From positions 7,131-71,130 of the forward strand of contig JAQGDQ010001006.1 of the NCBI GenBank assembly GCA_030141605.1: a stretch of 64,000 bases of DNA, written 5' to 3'. Under the pieces are notes generated by a model. It did no database searches and was not told where the DNA came from. It was given only the letters and a program-made list of their open reading frames with translations. The translations under genes and the position numbers were made by a program. Source of the stretch: Tubiluchus corallicola (lineage: Eukaryota; Animalia; Priapulida). The number at the start of each line of letters is the position of its first letter. Position 1 is the first letter of the stretch. Positions 1-29,500 of this stretch are shown here, one piece after another.

Positions 1-8
1 GCTTACAG

Positions 9-2600
9 AATTTTGGTGAAACTCATGGAGACGACAAGAGATCCTCTGATCTTGTCCGTGGCAGCTCACGACGTTGGGGAGTACGTTCGTCACTATCCCA
101 GAGGAAAACAGTCAGTATCTTATCAGAATTTGTGATCTCACAATTTTTGTGTTTTTGATAAATATGGATTAATTACCACATGAGCAACTTCACTGAAAAT
201 CTATTTTCATCTTATGCATGCTTGTTTACTTGGCTTTCAATATTTTATGCCGGGGGAGGCGGGGGAGGGGGGGTGATAAATACAACTACGGTAAAGTGGG
301 TATAACTCGAACACTCGGGACTGGAAAACTTGTTTGAGTTATGCAGCTGTACAATGTTTGTAAGAAAACAAGATTGAGTGGCTCATCAACGTTGAACAAT
401 ACACTAGTAACACTACTGGCTGTGAAAATGACAAACTGGGAGCTTTTAATAAACTATTAAACAACAATTTTTATGAACAATCAAAAATAAAATGACTGGT
501 CCACCTCTATACTAGTCTGAGTAGCACGATTAATAGAATTCGGGAAGAATTTGAGTTATACATAGTTTACTATACTTACCTTATCTAGTTTTAAGTTGAA
601 AAGTTATTTATTTTTGTTACTATTAGACAAAAAATAATGTCAACAGAACACTTGTTGTATGTTATTAATTGCTTTATCTCTTTATAAAAATCTGAGTCGA
701 AATACGTAAAGAAATCTTCAAAATGATATGTCATATGTGTTCGGGAGCGAATACGCCTAGTGCATAGATTACCGCGCACATTTGCTTTCCATGTTAATGG
801 TATAAGAAATTATGCTGTTTTTTTCCAGTGTCATTGAACAGCTGGGTGGTAAGCAGTTGGTAATGCAACATTTGAGTCACGAAGATCCTAATGTTCGCTA
901 TGAAGCCTTATTAGCCGTACAGAAGCTTATGGTGCACAATTGGTATGTTTGTTACTATTGGTGAACAAATATACTTTGAGGGACTAGGTCTCCAGAGTGA
1001 CCGAGGGGTCGATGGGACTAGGTCTCCAGAGTGATCGAGGGGTCGATGGGACTAGGTCTCCAGAGTGACCGAGGGGTCGATGGGACTATCAAAGGGGTCA
1101 AAGGTGTTGATTCCACTCTTTTGTCAGCTTTTAACATCAATGTTTACAGTCTTGCATCAAATGAACTTGTACGTTTGTTCCTGCGTGGGAACCATACCCT
1201 AGATAATTCTGTGAACACTCAAATTTTTGTTTTAGTGCAGTCTTTTATTTCAAACACCAAGCGCTTTAAATAGTATTAAGTTTGTTACTCTTGTTACATA
1301 TTAATGCTTATATTCATTGCAACATTTTTTGTACATTGTGGTCACCATTGTTCTGCATCTGTGTAGCGTTTTGCTTCCACTAGGGGAGAACATACATCAG
1401 CTGTAAAACTGTCTGTTTCAAATCTAGATGTTACACCTTCAATAAATTATGTTTAAACCGAAAGGTGTTAATAAATGCCTCTGGGTCAAAGACGGGTCAA
1501 TCAACATTGGGGTCTGTATTTCATGAGACACATTCATTTATCATGATGTGTTTCCACCTATTTCAATAAGATGTGGAATTCCAACATTATATTCAATATT
1601 TTGTACGTTGAACATGATTCCACATAAACAGTAAACGTTTTTTCATTTTTATTTTCCTATATTTCATGAGAGACATTCACGGGGGGAGTGGGGGGTACAG
1701 AACAACAGTTTTGCAGGGCTTCGTATGTAGTTTTCCGCACTAATGTACAGTCATACTTTTGTTTTCGACCATAATTTTTTATTTTTCGACCTATATTTTC
1801 GATCACTTTTCCTAGAAAGTGTTTGAAAACCGATTTGGTTGAGTACCGAATCATTTATTCCCATAAGAAATAATGTAAAAGCAAATAATCCGTTCTCAAG
1901 CACCAAATGAACTGTAAAGTATTACTAAAACGAAATATAATAATGCAAAAATGTTTATTCAAACAGTAGATATGATATAATTGATAAGAAAAACATAATA
2001 GAATTACTTTGAAAGAACGACATAATTATTCCTGCACGGACAAAGATAAGCGTAGAAAGCACTTAGCGATGTTAGGCGATTCAGATCTTGTGCGTGACTA
2101 CGCTCGGCTCGCCGCACGTGTTCATCACGTGTTTGGCAGTTGGTCGAGAGTGGAGACAATTTCGACTGGAATTTTCTGGTCGAAAACCAATTTGTACGAG
2201 TACGGAGACGTTCGACAACGGAGGTATGACTGTATATGCAAACTGCAAATCCAGCTAATTATTTTAAATATTTATTTTTTGTGCAAGCCTGGTTTCGACG
2301 AGAAATCAAGGATTCCATGAAGGGGTCAATGGTATAAAAAAGTCCCCCTCGAGTAGTGCATGCGTGAATGGTCTTGGGAATGCTTGTATAGTTTCCACTG
2401 TCACATTCTCTAGTTTTTTTAAGAAGGAAAAGAAATTCTACTCTTCAGAACTTTGGCATCTGAAACAAAATGTTGATCGGAAGTAACGGCAGGTTTTTAA
2501 TTTGTTTTATTTTGTTTATTTTAGGGAATACCTGGGTAAACAATTGGAGACAACAACGGCTGCAGCAGCTGACAGCAAATCATTAACTGGAAAAGCTTAG
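9..2600 (+). CDS. ATP6V1H: V-type proton ATPase subunit H, last three coding exons (9-110, 829-942, 2525-2600); 5' part lies outside the window
   Basis: GT-AG exons join in frame to give [96 protein letters not shown], the conserved V-ATPase H C-terminus. Stop TAG at 2598-2600. Confidence 0.96.
288..574. mobile_element. Degenerate pogo/Tigger-like MITE in an ATP6V1H intron
   Basis: Imperfect inverted ends (tacggtaaagtgggtataactcgaac ... tttgagttatacatagttttactata) with TA at both edges. Confidence 0.4.
980..1088. repeat. 34-bp minisatellite, ~3.2 copies
   Basis: Unit GGGACTAGGTCTCCAGAGTGACCGAGGGGTCGAT in tandem, starting ~38 bp into the intron. Confidence 0.9.
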
Positions 2601-3035
2601 GACGGTCGTAGTGTATAAAAGCTTAACAAATCATTCCTGTTATAGTAATATAATAAATGTATCATGTAAGCTTGTTGATAGTTATAAAGGAACAATGATT
2701 AATGTTTTGCCGTTGTCGTTGCCGTTGTTGTATGTGTATTGCTTAAAACCAATTTGTTATATTACTTATGAGATGGAATCTAATATTCACTTAGTTTGTT
2801 ATTGTATTATGGACTTGAGTTTATTGTTAAAGAATATGTGTAAATTATGTGTTTGTGGGAAGTAAAATATATAATACTATTTAGTATTTGTTTTGTACTT
2901 GCATTCAGATTTTTGTTTAAAGGACAAGATAACGGGTACCCGAAGAAGGTTTCAGAAAAATCGCCTTAAAAATTGTGTTACAGCAATTTTATTTTTTTGT
3001 TTCTTTTCATTTTAAATTTCCCTCATTACTGTTCC

Positions 3036-3125
3036 GACCGCGCCATTACGTGACATCACTTATGCACCGCGCCATTACATGATGTCACTTATGCACCGCG
3101 CCATTACGTGACGTCACTTATGCAC
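3036..3125. repeat. 29-bp tandem repeat x3 with a TGACGTCA-like core, inside a possible TTAA-flanked MITE (~2920-3232)
   Basis: Unit ACCGCGCCATTACGTGACGTCACTTATGC with minor variants. Confidence 0.8.
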
Positions 3126-3829
3126 AACACAAATCAGTGAAAGAAAAGGAAATGTTAAATTGATGTCCCAAAAACTTTCTATGCAAATCTATATTATTTA
3201 GCATTTCACTTACCTGCTGGAAAGACTTATCTTTAACTAGAAATAATAATTTAAAATTTTTGTGCCAATTGGTAAAATGTCGCTAACTCATTCTCCAGGG
3301 TGCACCACTCACTAACCAAAAGCGTATTTTTAATCTTATTAACAAGATACAGTGACGTGTGTACTACGAATACTCTGATTATTTTTATCAGACTTTATTC
3401 AATGTTATCTAAACTTGTTTCAAATGACCTACCATTAAAATGGCTGTGCCTAATGGTCATCGCAGGAGTTTAAATTTACAAGTTTTATACCGACTCAAGC
3501 CCTGCATGTAAAAATACAATATGTAAATGGTATAAAATTTCAAGACGAATTTTTTAAGCTTGATGTAAGTGGAGGCTTTTCTTGTTTTTAAGTAATTTTG
3601 ATAAATTCTAACAATTAATGAATTCGTGCAATAAATCTTGTTGATGTGCTTTCATGAAAATAATTGTTTGAAAACATTGAGCCAAGTTTTTCTCATACAA
3701 GTTGCAGTTGATAAAGTACACTTTCTTGTAAGCTTTTACATCTACTAGTAATCTGAGTGAATTTTCAAAATGCGTAACAATTTCTTAGACTAACTACATT
3801 TTTCACAAGCAAAATGCCCGTTGAACATT

Positions 3830-4011
3830 TGTTTAATAATACGTGTTATCGCTTGTAAAACTGCTTTAGGTTAAAACTAATGTCTTCCCGAGTTTTTTTA
3901 ATGACTGAATGTCTAATGACCGAATCAATGTTTAATAATACGTGTTATCGCTTGTAAAACAGCTTTAGTTTATCACTAAATTCTTCCCAAGTTTTTTAAT
4001 GACTGAATGTC
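3830..4011. repeat. ~100-bp direct duplication
   Basis: TGTTTAATAATACGTGTTATCGCTTGTAAAAC...TTTTTTAATGACTGAATGTC occurs twice in tandem. Confidence 0.8.
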
Positions 4012-4811
4012 ACGGTTCCAAAAAGTGAAACCTGCGGACATTTTGTACATACTTACACAATTAGGAGTTATCATGTGTTGCCACCTTTTATAATAATTCC
4101 CAGATTAATGCTTTTTTTCCTGTATAATTTAATATAAGTACTTACAATTGTATTTTATGTAGTTCTAATACTCTTCCGCCTTCTCGTCAAATAGTTCCAC
4201 GTCAAAAATAGAAAATTGTTGTTTCCTACTTTCTTCGCGAATATGCAACCGATTCGCGACAACAGTCTTGTTACACGCTACAATAATATTAGCAACCAGA
4301 CAAATGCGTGCATAATAATGTAGTATTAATTAAACTAATTAGGAACTTAAACAAAGAAGATAGGACAGCAAGACAGTCTATCATCATCATCCAATGAATC
4401 ACACGTCCAGGGACATGATTCTGCTCACCTCCCTATGCCAAGACAGTCTGGCATGCAGAACACCGCTAAGCAATCACCAAGATCTTTGATCTACACAAAC
4501 AATATCTATGGTATTGTTACAAATCTCAGTTCCATAGGTGAGACGATAATTCAATTTTCACACGCTCTGCTTTCTTGTATCTTGTCTAATAATTTGAGTA
4601 TCTTGAATTTATTTTTACAAACTTGTTGCAAGTTTTTGTTATGAAACATTTTGAATAATTTGTTTTTTTAGTGGGAAGCACTTTTTCTGATTTCCGTAGG
4701 GGAAGTGTGTGGAAGGGCAGTTGAGGAGGTTGTTTTACATAGGGAAGGTTAGCGGGGTTCACACTGTTTTTAGTCACCGCAACAGGTGACACTGAACCAA
4801 GTTATGCTATT

Positions 4812-4950
4812 GACCGGACGGTTTTGTCTAGTGGTAACATGTCCGCTTTCTGTCTGGGAGGTCGTGAGTTCGATACTGCAGTCGTGTAACATCAAAGACT
4901 TTAAAGATGGTACCTGCTGTTGCCCATGGTGTTTAGGACAAAAGTGGGGT
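4812..4950 (+). mobile_element. tRNA-derived SINE remnant with a V-domain-like body
   Basis: A-box-like GTCTAGTGGT, B-box-like GAGTTCGATAC, then CAAAGACTTTAAAGATGGTACCTGCTG, which resembles the V-SINE central domain as recalled. Confidence 0.6.
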
Positions 4951-5272
4951 AATAATAGTCTCTATTATGTAGTTCTAAAATTGGTTATTCACAGTCGGTA
5001 AAAAACGTGTTTGAGGTAATGTTAAAATAAGAGAATAACAATTTTCTTAGTTCTTATCCGTTTATAGAATCAAGAATCGAGTAGTTTTATGAGTCTATTA
5101 TTGGTTCACCAGGCGCTAAGACAGAAAAGTATAGGTCGTTATTACGTTTACCCAATTTTAAAAACAGTTTGTAATTGAATAACAAAAAATAAATCGAATA
5201 ACGAATGTGACGAAATTAGTCAATTTCTTTCGTCTTGATGAAGTATGTAGACTCTTCGTGCAGGCGTATAAC

Positions 5273-5602
5273 TGTTGTGGAGATCCACTAGAATTAAATA
5301 GAATATTGTAGAATATTCTATAGTACAGTAGAACAATATTCTTACCTTGTAGAAGTTTCCAGAACTTTGTATTCTAGATTATTCCCTGCCACTGATATAT
5401 AAGGCGGAGCTGGCCGCTGGAGTTGATTCTCTTGTATTCTCAGATTCTGAGATACGCTTTCACATTTCCAGATTATCACATTTACTGTAAACATTTCGCG
5501 TTCCTTCATACTTTCTTGTATAATTCTCATAGAATAAATTAGTTTAAATTGACGACGCGTTTTCTGTTTTTTTCTACGAGCCGAGAGAAACAAAACACAA
5601 CA
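5273..5602 (+). mobile_element. Solo LTR, copy 1 of a local family
   Basis: Termini TGTTGTG...CACAACA, 5-bp TSD ATAAC on both sides, internal TATATAA; homologous to 19520-19880 and 28484-28856. Confidence 0.85.
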
Positions 5603-5915
5603 ATAACACCAAGTTTTGTTGATAAGCGTTTTGCAGTGTTTACAATATCTAAAATATCGTTTTGCTGTATGAAAGAGCTTTTGTGTGAGCTGTATAACTA
5701 TTGTGAGTTTTGGTTTTAAATACGCCCGTCTTGTGTGCGTGTTTAAGCCATTTGAGCTGGATGTTGCACGGTGCTGACATCTGGCAACGAATGTGCTTGT
5801 ATTATTGGTAAAATGTCAAAGGACTAAACAGACAAAGTAATAAATGTGTAAAACCCTCATTCTGCCCCACTATTCATACGGATGCACACTATTTCATGAA
5901 GTTTCAAGAGACAGC

Positions 5916-6586
5916 TAGGAAGACCCAGGTAAAGTGGATCACTTAAGGGTTTTCGCTCATAGAGTTCAAGACGTTTGATCTGCAACATTCAATTACATGC
6001 CCTATTCTTCCGTAGGAAACTCTGCTATATTCATATGGTAAAAACTTATAATTACTATTACTCGTTTAACAGATATTTCCGAAATACGAATGCAAAATTT
6101 CTAGGGCAAAGTTGATCTTTTACGGACATAATTGATCATAGGTATGGGCAAAGTGGATCAGTTTAGTTTCATCCCTCTATGAGAATTGTTGTGGTCCACT
6201 TGAACTGAACGAATATCTCTCAAGCACATTTTCTTGAAATGTTTATACTAACCTTTCTTCTTGAATAGATAGATTTCCCATAGATCGGCAAGAAAAAGCT
6301 CAGTAGAGAAGCACAGAAGTGCTATTAAACTTGATATTGAACCAAATTGAGTCGACTCAGCAGGTTGTGGCTCTAATTATCAACTGATTCATGTTTGAAA
6401 GGTTATTTTACTACAAAACTTGCAAGTAAAGGTTCATTTAGCATCTTTTTCCTTTAGTTTCAACAACTGAATAAAATCCAACTTCGAATCACTGCGGTCT
6501 GCGACAACTGCGACGCCTTACGGAAAAAAGAGCAAACACATTTGATCCGCTTTGCTCAGTGATCCACTTTACCCGGGTCTCCCCTA
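5916..6586. mobile_element. Non-autonomous Tc1/mariner-pogo-type MITE
   Basis: ~27-bp TIRs (TAGGAAGACCCAGGTAAAGTGGATCACT / AGTGATCCACTTTACCCGGGTCTCCCCTA) with TA ends; GGGCAAAGTKGATC motif repeated internally. Confidence 0.75.
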
Positions 6587-7003
6587 TAACAAACTAAATG
6601 ATCTTCAAAATTATGCATTAAGATTAGTCTCTGGCTATTCAAATAAATCGTCTCTCATCACAAATCAAACCTCTGCAACAGAATTAAGAACAATTTTTAA
6701 AATCCCAATTTTACAAGCACATAAAGACATCTACACAATCATATTTCTGTACAAATATATCAACAATATTAACACGCCCTTCATCAAAAATAAGCTTCCA
6801 CTCCTCTTACAGCCAACATTAAATCCAAGAACACACAGTAGTAAACAAACACGCTCTAATAACAAACACGGCAACATTCTATATCACTAAACAAGGAGTT
6901 CAACTCTGGAATACCCTGCCATCAAATTTAAAACAAATCAAATCTTTCTGATCGATTTCTGCACTCTATAAATAAATTATCATTATCTCAGTAGATAAAT
7001 TTA
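6587..7003 (+). mobile_element. 3' remnant of a CR1/L2-group LINE ORF2
   Basis: NKLNDLQNYALRLVSG and, after a frameshift, QLWNTLP motifs typical of the region downstream of RT. Confidence 0.6.
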
Positions 7004-7264
7004 CATTCCTGTCAACCTATACGGTTTGGCCGTATTGCTGTACGGGAAAAATGCATTTTTGGCCCAATACGGCTTACAAGAAAATCCATACGGCGAAAAG
7101 AAAAATGTTGCTCAGCGAAAATAATCGCATCGAATATTCCCTTTTCGATCGGTACTTTCATGCAGACGATCTTACTTCCGTTCAAACGTTGTCATTGCGC
7201 ACACTCAGCTAATAATTTTTAACATCCGGCTAACCACTTCCGCTATTTCATTCGTGAAAAAAAC

Positions 7265-10758
<3,494 letters not shown>

Positions 10759-11688
10759 TTGTTCATTGCAGCCAGCCATTGTCATACTAAAAACATTTCA
10801 GTTTTGCAGTAAAGTAATTCAGTGACTGTATAACAGGATATAAGGAAGAATGTGAGATTAACTTGAACCCTCTCTCGTTTTTATGTGTTTTGCCTTTTTT
10901 TTAATTTATATGTATATATAAAGTTAAGTGTTTGTTACAAAATTCCATCTGATATGCATACATAAATAATATCACACCATAACTAAATAGTTTTTTTCAT
11001 GAAAACAAGACAATAAAATCATGTTCCAATGATTTTTTGTTGTTGTGTGGACTGATATGCGATCTCGTGACTGGTCTGTTTCTGTTGGCTCCCAGCAAAT
11101 TAACATATTTTCAGATTCGGTAAGGTCCCGTGCTGTCTTATAAGGTTTAGCAAGACCCTATATAAGGACAACGCTAATAACAGGTTGACAGGTATGAATT
11201 TACTTTTTTTAAATACAAAATCTATGGGCAACACAACTGTCAATTTTCAAAGACGCTTCACAAAGATACCTAAAATAATCATGACGCAGGTTTACAAGAT
11301 TAAACAGTAATCCTACTAAAATTCATAAAATTACAATAAGTAAATGCATAAAAAACACAGAGATTCACAAAATACAAGCATATAACGAGAAAACAATATT
11401 TAATTACTTTAAAGATTGTATGCTATTTTAAATTAAAATATTTTAATTTGTACTTTAAAAGTGTTAGTGTACGAGAATATCCTGATCCTGCGAGAGCACA
11501 TGACGTACAGCCATAGTGGAACAGCGCACTCTATGAACCGTAAACAAAAACTATAAAACTTTCAAAACAATGACGCATCGTTTAGTTTAGAACGTTGTAA
11601 AAGATTCTTCGCAAAGCTCTGCTAGCTAACAACAAGTTATAGGTTAATGGACGTTACATTCGACGTTGTTTAACTTCATAAATTCACT

Positions 11689-25263
<13,575 letters not shown>

Positions 25264-25704
25264 AAACGTGTAATCTTGCAAACTGAACTCTGTCGAAATC
25301 GTAACTAGTCTAATAAAGAGATCTGTTGAATATAAAATTTCTGTTATGCAGTTCAATTTACCTGATACAGTTCTTGCTAGGTTTTTAATAAAAAGAAGCC
25401 AGACAATTATGGCTTCATTAAAGTACAGTCGCATCAGGGTAGAAGTCAAAAATACCATTCCGCTGTCAAGTTTTGTCACAAACGTGGGAATACTTGTTTA
25501 TTCATTCACTCACTCACTTACTCATTTTTCACTTATTTGCTAATTCATTTTGCGAGTGAGAGTGTGTGTGTGTGTGTGCGGGCGTGCGTGTGTGTGTGTG
25601 AGTGAGAGAGAGAGAGAGAGAATCAGAAACAGAAAGAGAGGATCGATGAGGAGGGTGGGACTGAGATAGCAAGATGACGAAAAGGGAGTAGACAGCAATT
25701 TGAT

Positions 25705-26045
25705 AAAGTTTACAATTGCCCACAAACAAGAAATTAGTTCGTGAAGCTGATTAGTGTTAGAATTAGTGTTAGGATTGGGTGGGGTTAGGGTTAGTGTTAG
25801 GGTTGGGGTTGGGGTTAGTGTTGGGGTTGGGTTAGGGTTAGGATTGTTTGAGGTTAGGGTTAGTGTTAGGGTTGGGGTTAGTGTTGGGGTTGGGTTAGGG
25901 TTAGGATTTGGTGAGGTTAGAGTTAGTGTTAGGGTTAGGTTAGTGCTAGGGTTGTGTTGGGCTAGGGTTAGGGTTGGGTGGGGTTAGGGTTGGGTGGGGT
26001 TAAGGTTAGGGTTAGGATTAGGGTATTGAAATTGTGTGGGAAACT
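25705..26045. mobile_element. Short interspersed element with internal degenerate (GGTTAG)n, copy 2
   Basis: Same flanks as 17921-18125 with a longer TTAGGG-like tract. Confidence 0.55.
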
Positions 26046-26536
26046 CCTTCCGTTTTATTCTTTATTGCTTCTATTATCCTTATCTAATATTTCAGCTATT
26101 GAGTCTTGCAGGTGAGTAAATTATCCTGAATAAGAAACTATAATTAAATTTTGTAAAAAAACTTAAGTTTATTTTTGATAAAAAACCTTACTCTCGTTGA
26201 AGGTCATTATTAAAGTTTAATAAAGTGTAAAATATAGACATAAAACAAAGATGGACACGGGAAAAAGTAGATTTAATTAGATTATTATAAAAACAAGTTC
26301 AAATTTTAATATCTACGTGTATTCTAAAAGAAATATGATAAATAATACAAAACGAATCTGGACTTCTGCATTATGACATTATAATGACGTAAATAGTAAT
26401 ATTATTTTTTACTTTGTTATTCTATTTTTTTGTTATTCATATAACCACACTTTGTATGCTTACAGCACTTGCATATTGTTTCTTTTAGACCTCCCTGTAG
26501 AAGCCATATCCATAAACTCCCAACACATGTAGGAAA

Positions 26537-29500
26537 CTAACAATCAGAACATAATTGTTCTCTGTTGTTACATTGATCACATGCAAACAAATATATGTAT
26601 TCAATGCAAAATACGATAAAGGAAATGACGACACCGGAAATATAAAGCACAAAGACTCCCACAATGTCTGCCATTCTAAATGGTCTGTAAACGCTGCTGT
26701 GTTCTTTGTCACATTTTATTCTCGGTTCTGCTTCTAATATCCATTTATTCATGTAACCAGATACAATCATTCTTTGAATTCTGAAATGAAATAAACAAAT
26801 TCTTATACAATGTTTTCACTGAGTACTATAGATATATCTTTTATTAATGAAACCAAAAAAGAAGATTAAATAATACATTAATAATACAAGGGCACAAACT
26901 GAAAATAGAAAACAACAGATTAGAATTTAACTCTAATAAAACAAACATCAAAATAAAAGATGATATAATGGAAAAATTGCAGAGAAACGTAAAACTTACC
27001 TGAAAATGAGAACCAGACAAGAGCACAACATAGTAAACAATTAGTTCAAATATACATAATGAAGAACCACAGCAGTAAGCATAATAAGAATAAGACACAA
27101 CTGTTGGGAGCCAAGTGGACCACTGAGCCAAGTAGACCAATTGGTCTACTTGGGCTAGCCCAAGGAGGACACTAGTGACAGGTCGTGAATTGAGTCGTTA
27201 AGTGTACTGACACCGTCAGTTGTCCTTGTTTATGTAATAATAATAATTAAAAACGTTAGTACACGTTGAATAATTTATTATACATCTAATAAAATAAAAG
27301 AATTTTATTCTGAGCTGGTAGAACGGACAATATTAAATTTGGTTTCGATATTAATGTTGTTGAAGTGAAAAAAAAAACACTTTTTTGCGAATACAAAATT
27401 TGTTTAAGGTATATCATTTTTGATTTTGTCTCGCTTCACAAACAGGTGATCCGTTTCACTACCTCTTGGGCAAATAATTGTTTTCTTATAAGTAAATGTT
27501 CTAGCGATCTATGTGTCCTACATGGGCTAGCGAGCCATGTAGGACAGCGCCCTACATGTTACAATACTACTGATAATATTAAAACTAATTATCCTTGCTT
27601 TTCTTAAACGTTAAAAATTACTTTTTTACCAACAAGTTTTTTACCAACCAACAAGCACAATTTTTAATAAAATGAAGAAACTTTCACAGAATTTTCAAAA
27701 ATTTGACAAAATTACCGATTCTCGACAAAAATCGCTAGTGTCCTACTTGGGCTGCCCATGTAGCGCATCGGTTTTACCGGAAGTGGTCTACTTGGCTCAG
27801 TGGTCAACTCGGCTCCCTACAACAACTTCTACATTTTGCACAATTTACACAAGCGGGAACTACAATAAGGGAAATCAGCTCAACATGTGAGTGTGACACA
27901 GAGACGATCGTCACTCAGTAAACATGATGTGTCCTAGAAACTGGCTCTTTCACGCATGTAGATTTTTTACAGTTCAAACATGAAGAGAATCAAATACGTT
28001 CACATAAGATTTGTAATTTTACCTAAGTTGTGACATACCCGTTATTAAAAAGCTCCAAATACGGGCTATTCTTTTGCACAGGGAAAGCGAACTGTTGAAC
28101 AAAGAAGTTATCCTTGGCGATATATACAGGACATTTTCCAGTTCTGTAAAAGTCTTCGACCATTTCTGCTCGCAAACTCTGATGTCCTGATATCCAGGCA
28201 TTATTGTTTTCTTTAACTTTGTGAAAAGCTTCTGAAGTATACTGGAAATGTCTGTTAGGATTTTCAATAAATTTCCTCCATATTTCCTTTTGAAAGCGAG
28301 TTTGTCCGTTCTGAAAGAAGTTTAAAGAACACTTTTAGTATTGAGACTGAATTGAAAAAACGCTTTGATTTAGCGTTACATACATTTTCACTCTTTTCTT
28401 AACTTATTCTGTTACCAATGAGCCACTCTGTGATTTGACCTGGCGGCTTATTTCCAATTATTTCCCTCATTTTAGTGGCAAATTGTTGTGTTTTGTTTCT
28501 CTCGGAAGGCTCGTAGAGAAAACCAGAAAACATTTCGTCAAATTAAACTAGTTTATTAAGCGAGAATTCTGCAACACAAAAGTTTGAAGGAACACGAAAT
28601 GATTACACTAAACGTGAAAATCTGGAAAACGTTTGAGTGTATCTGAAAATGTAAGTATACAAGAGAATGTGTAAGTGGCGTCCATGTGAATCTGTGTGTG
28701 CTCTCGTCTCAGCGGCCTGCTTCGCCTTATATAGCGCGTCCAAGAAGCTTCCAGAAGTTTTGTTCCAGAACATTCCACACGGTAAGACGCTTATTCTAAC
28801 CGAAAATTCTACAATGTTCCATGCAATTCTAATAGACGCCAGCGATCTCCACAACACAAACCTTCATGCCGCTCACTGATCAGCTTTTACAGTTTACCAA
28901 CAATATTAAATTTTAATCAAAGCAAAGTTACTAAAATGACTGATAAATAAAACATTGCAATATTTTAATGTTGTACTGAGAAACTGAGAAGCAGACACTT
29001 AATAAATGTGGTATGATATACAAGTACCTTAAAGTACGTTTCCCAGCTACTTTTGTGCTCGAATATAGGCTTGATGATATTCTGTGCACTCAATTCTTGA
29101 ACGGTTTTTACTGGAAGTTTCAAAGGAGCTGGCAAAGTTAAGAATGCAACCAGATTTCCTGTATAAACTGCAGCTAATGTAACTACGAACAGCCACCAAG
29201 AACCAATCAGAACACGACACGTTGAACTTCTTGGCTGCGCAGCAAAGCCTGCAAATGTTTCGAAGTACTATAAAAGAATTGCTGGATCTACCATTTTCTT
29301 CACGCTCGATCATCGCATTCTATACCACCAGTGATTGAGAGAGAAAAGTTTGCCAAGAAAACGGAGGCAAAGTTGGCTTCTACTAGTCTAATAATCTACT
29401 AGACTACTTGACTAGGAGTCTCCTAGAGTAAACCAGTTATTGCTTTCATATAAACAATAAACAGCTTAGTTTAGTGATAGTTACTTACTTTGCTTAGAAG

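Noticed and set aside
4812-4885. Possible tRNA gene
   Set aside because: A/B-box-like motifs are present but no full cloverleaf, and the sequence continues into a SINE-like body.
25754-26025. Interstitial telomere or chromosome fusion site
   Set aside because: The tract is degenerate, in one orientation only, and has the same flanks as the 17921 copy, so it is part of a dispersed element.
26096-26111. 16-nt microexon-like segment (TTCAG|CTATTGAGTCTTGCAG|GTGAGT)
   Set aside because: The splice signals look good, but it lies past the FSIP2-like stop and no partner exon could be assigned without RNA data.
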